64,000 bases of DNA from a virus. The notes beneath the pieces were generated by a model. The model was not told the DNA's origin. It saw only the letters and a program-made list of their open reading frames with translations, and searched no databases. The stretch lies in IMG/VR virus record IMGVR_UViG_3300015360_000025. The stretch is one strand, 5' to 3'. Below are positions 63,907 to 64,000 of the stretch, in pieces; positions within the stretch are counted from its first letter, which is position 1, and every line of letters starts with the position of its first letter. The position numbers were made by a program, and so were the translations under genes.

Positions 63907-64000
63907 AGGCCGATAACCCTATGATATGATTAAGCAATCGGGCATTGGATATACCAGGTGCAGTGGTGCATACAGGCCGCTTCTGTGATAGAGGCAACAA

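Noticed and set aside
1-64000. Stop-codon reassignment (alternative genetic code)
   Set aside because: Long genes are intact in code 11, and TAA, TAG and TGA all serve as stops

Overview
64-kb fragment of a large lytic dsDNA phage (probably a jumbo phage), read in the standard genetic code and almost entirely on the + strand until about 62.3 kb. No capsid, terminase or tail genes are recognisable here. 0.2-6.4 kb: a 1552-aa polyprotein (ligase-like nucleotidyltransferase + three tandem kinase domains + NMNAT-like HIGH transferase), probably virion-packaged. 6.5-25.3 kb: replication module with gp32-like SSB, RecA/UvsX, RNase H/5'-exonuclease, DnaB/gp41-like helicase, class II RNR carrying an HNH intein, and a DnaE polymerase fractured by a split intein with an intervening Vsr/DUF559-like endonuclease. 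17-36 kb: nucleotide metabolism and a candidate DNA hypermodification system, the strongest novelty in the window. It comprises a ThyA-fold enzyme with the cytidylate-specific Asp (ThyX is encoded separately), a plant-type RGP/GT75 UDP-sugar pyranose-furanose mutase, a dNMP kinase fused to a homing-type nuclease, and a T4 beta-glucosyltransferase-like GT-B enzyme. Together these predict furanosyl (arabino- or galactofuranosyl) 5-hydroxymethylcytosine DNA. 38-64 kb: early/accessory region of small genes, driven by at least 16 copies of one sigma70-type promoter, many with a palindromic operator in the spacer. It also holds DNA ligase, an RNA-repair cluster, an SF1 helicase, IscA, an outer-membrane beta-barrel, tRNA-like T-arm minihelices in 3' UTRs, an HDV-ribozyme-like fold, a large structured non-coding region and many +/-1 frameshifts or deletion scars. 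All family assignments are by-eye motif recognition; no database searches were run. A myxobacterial or deltaproteobacterial host is an inference only.
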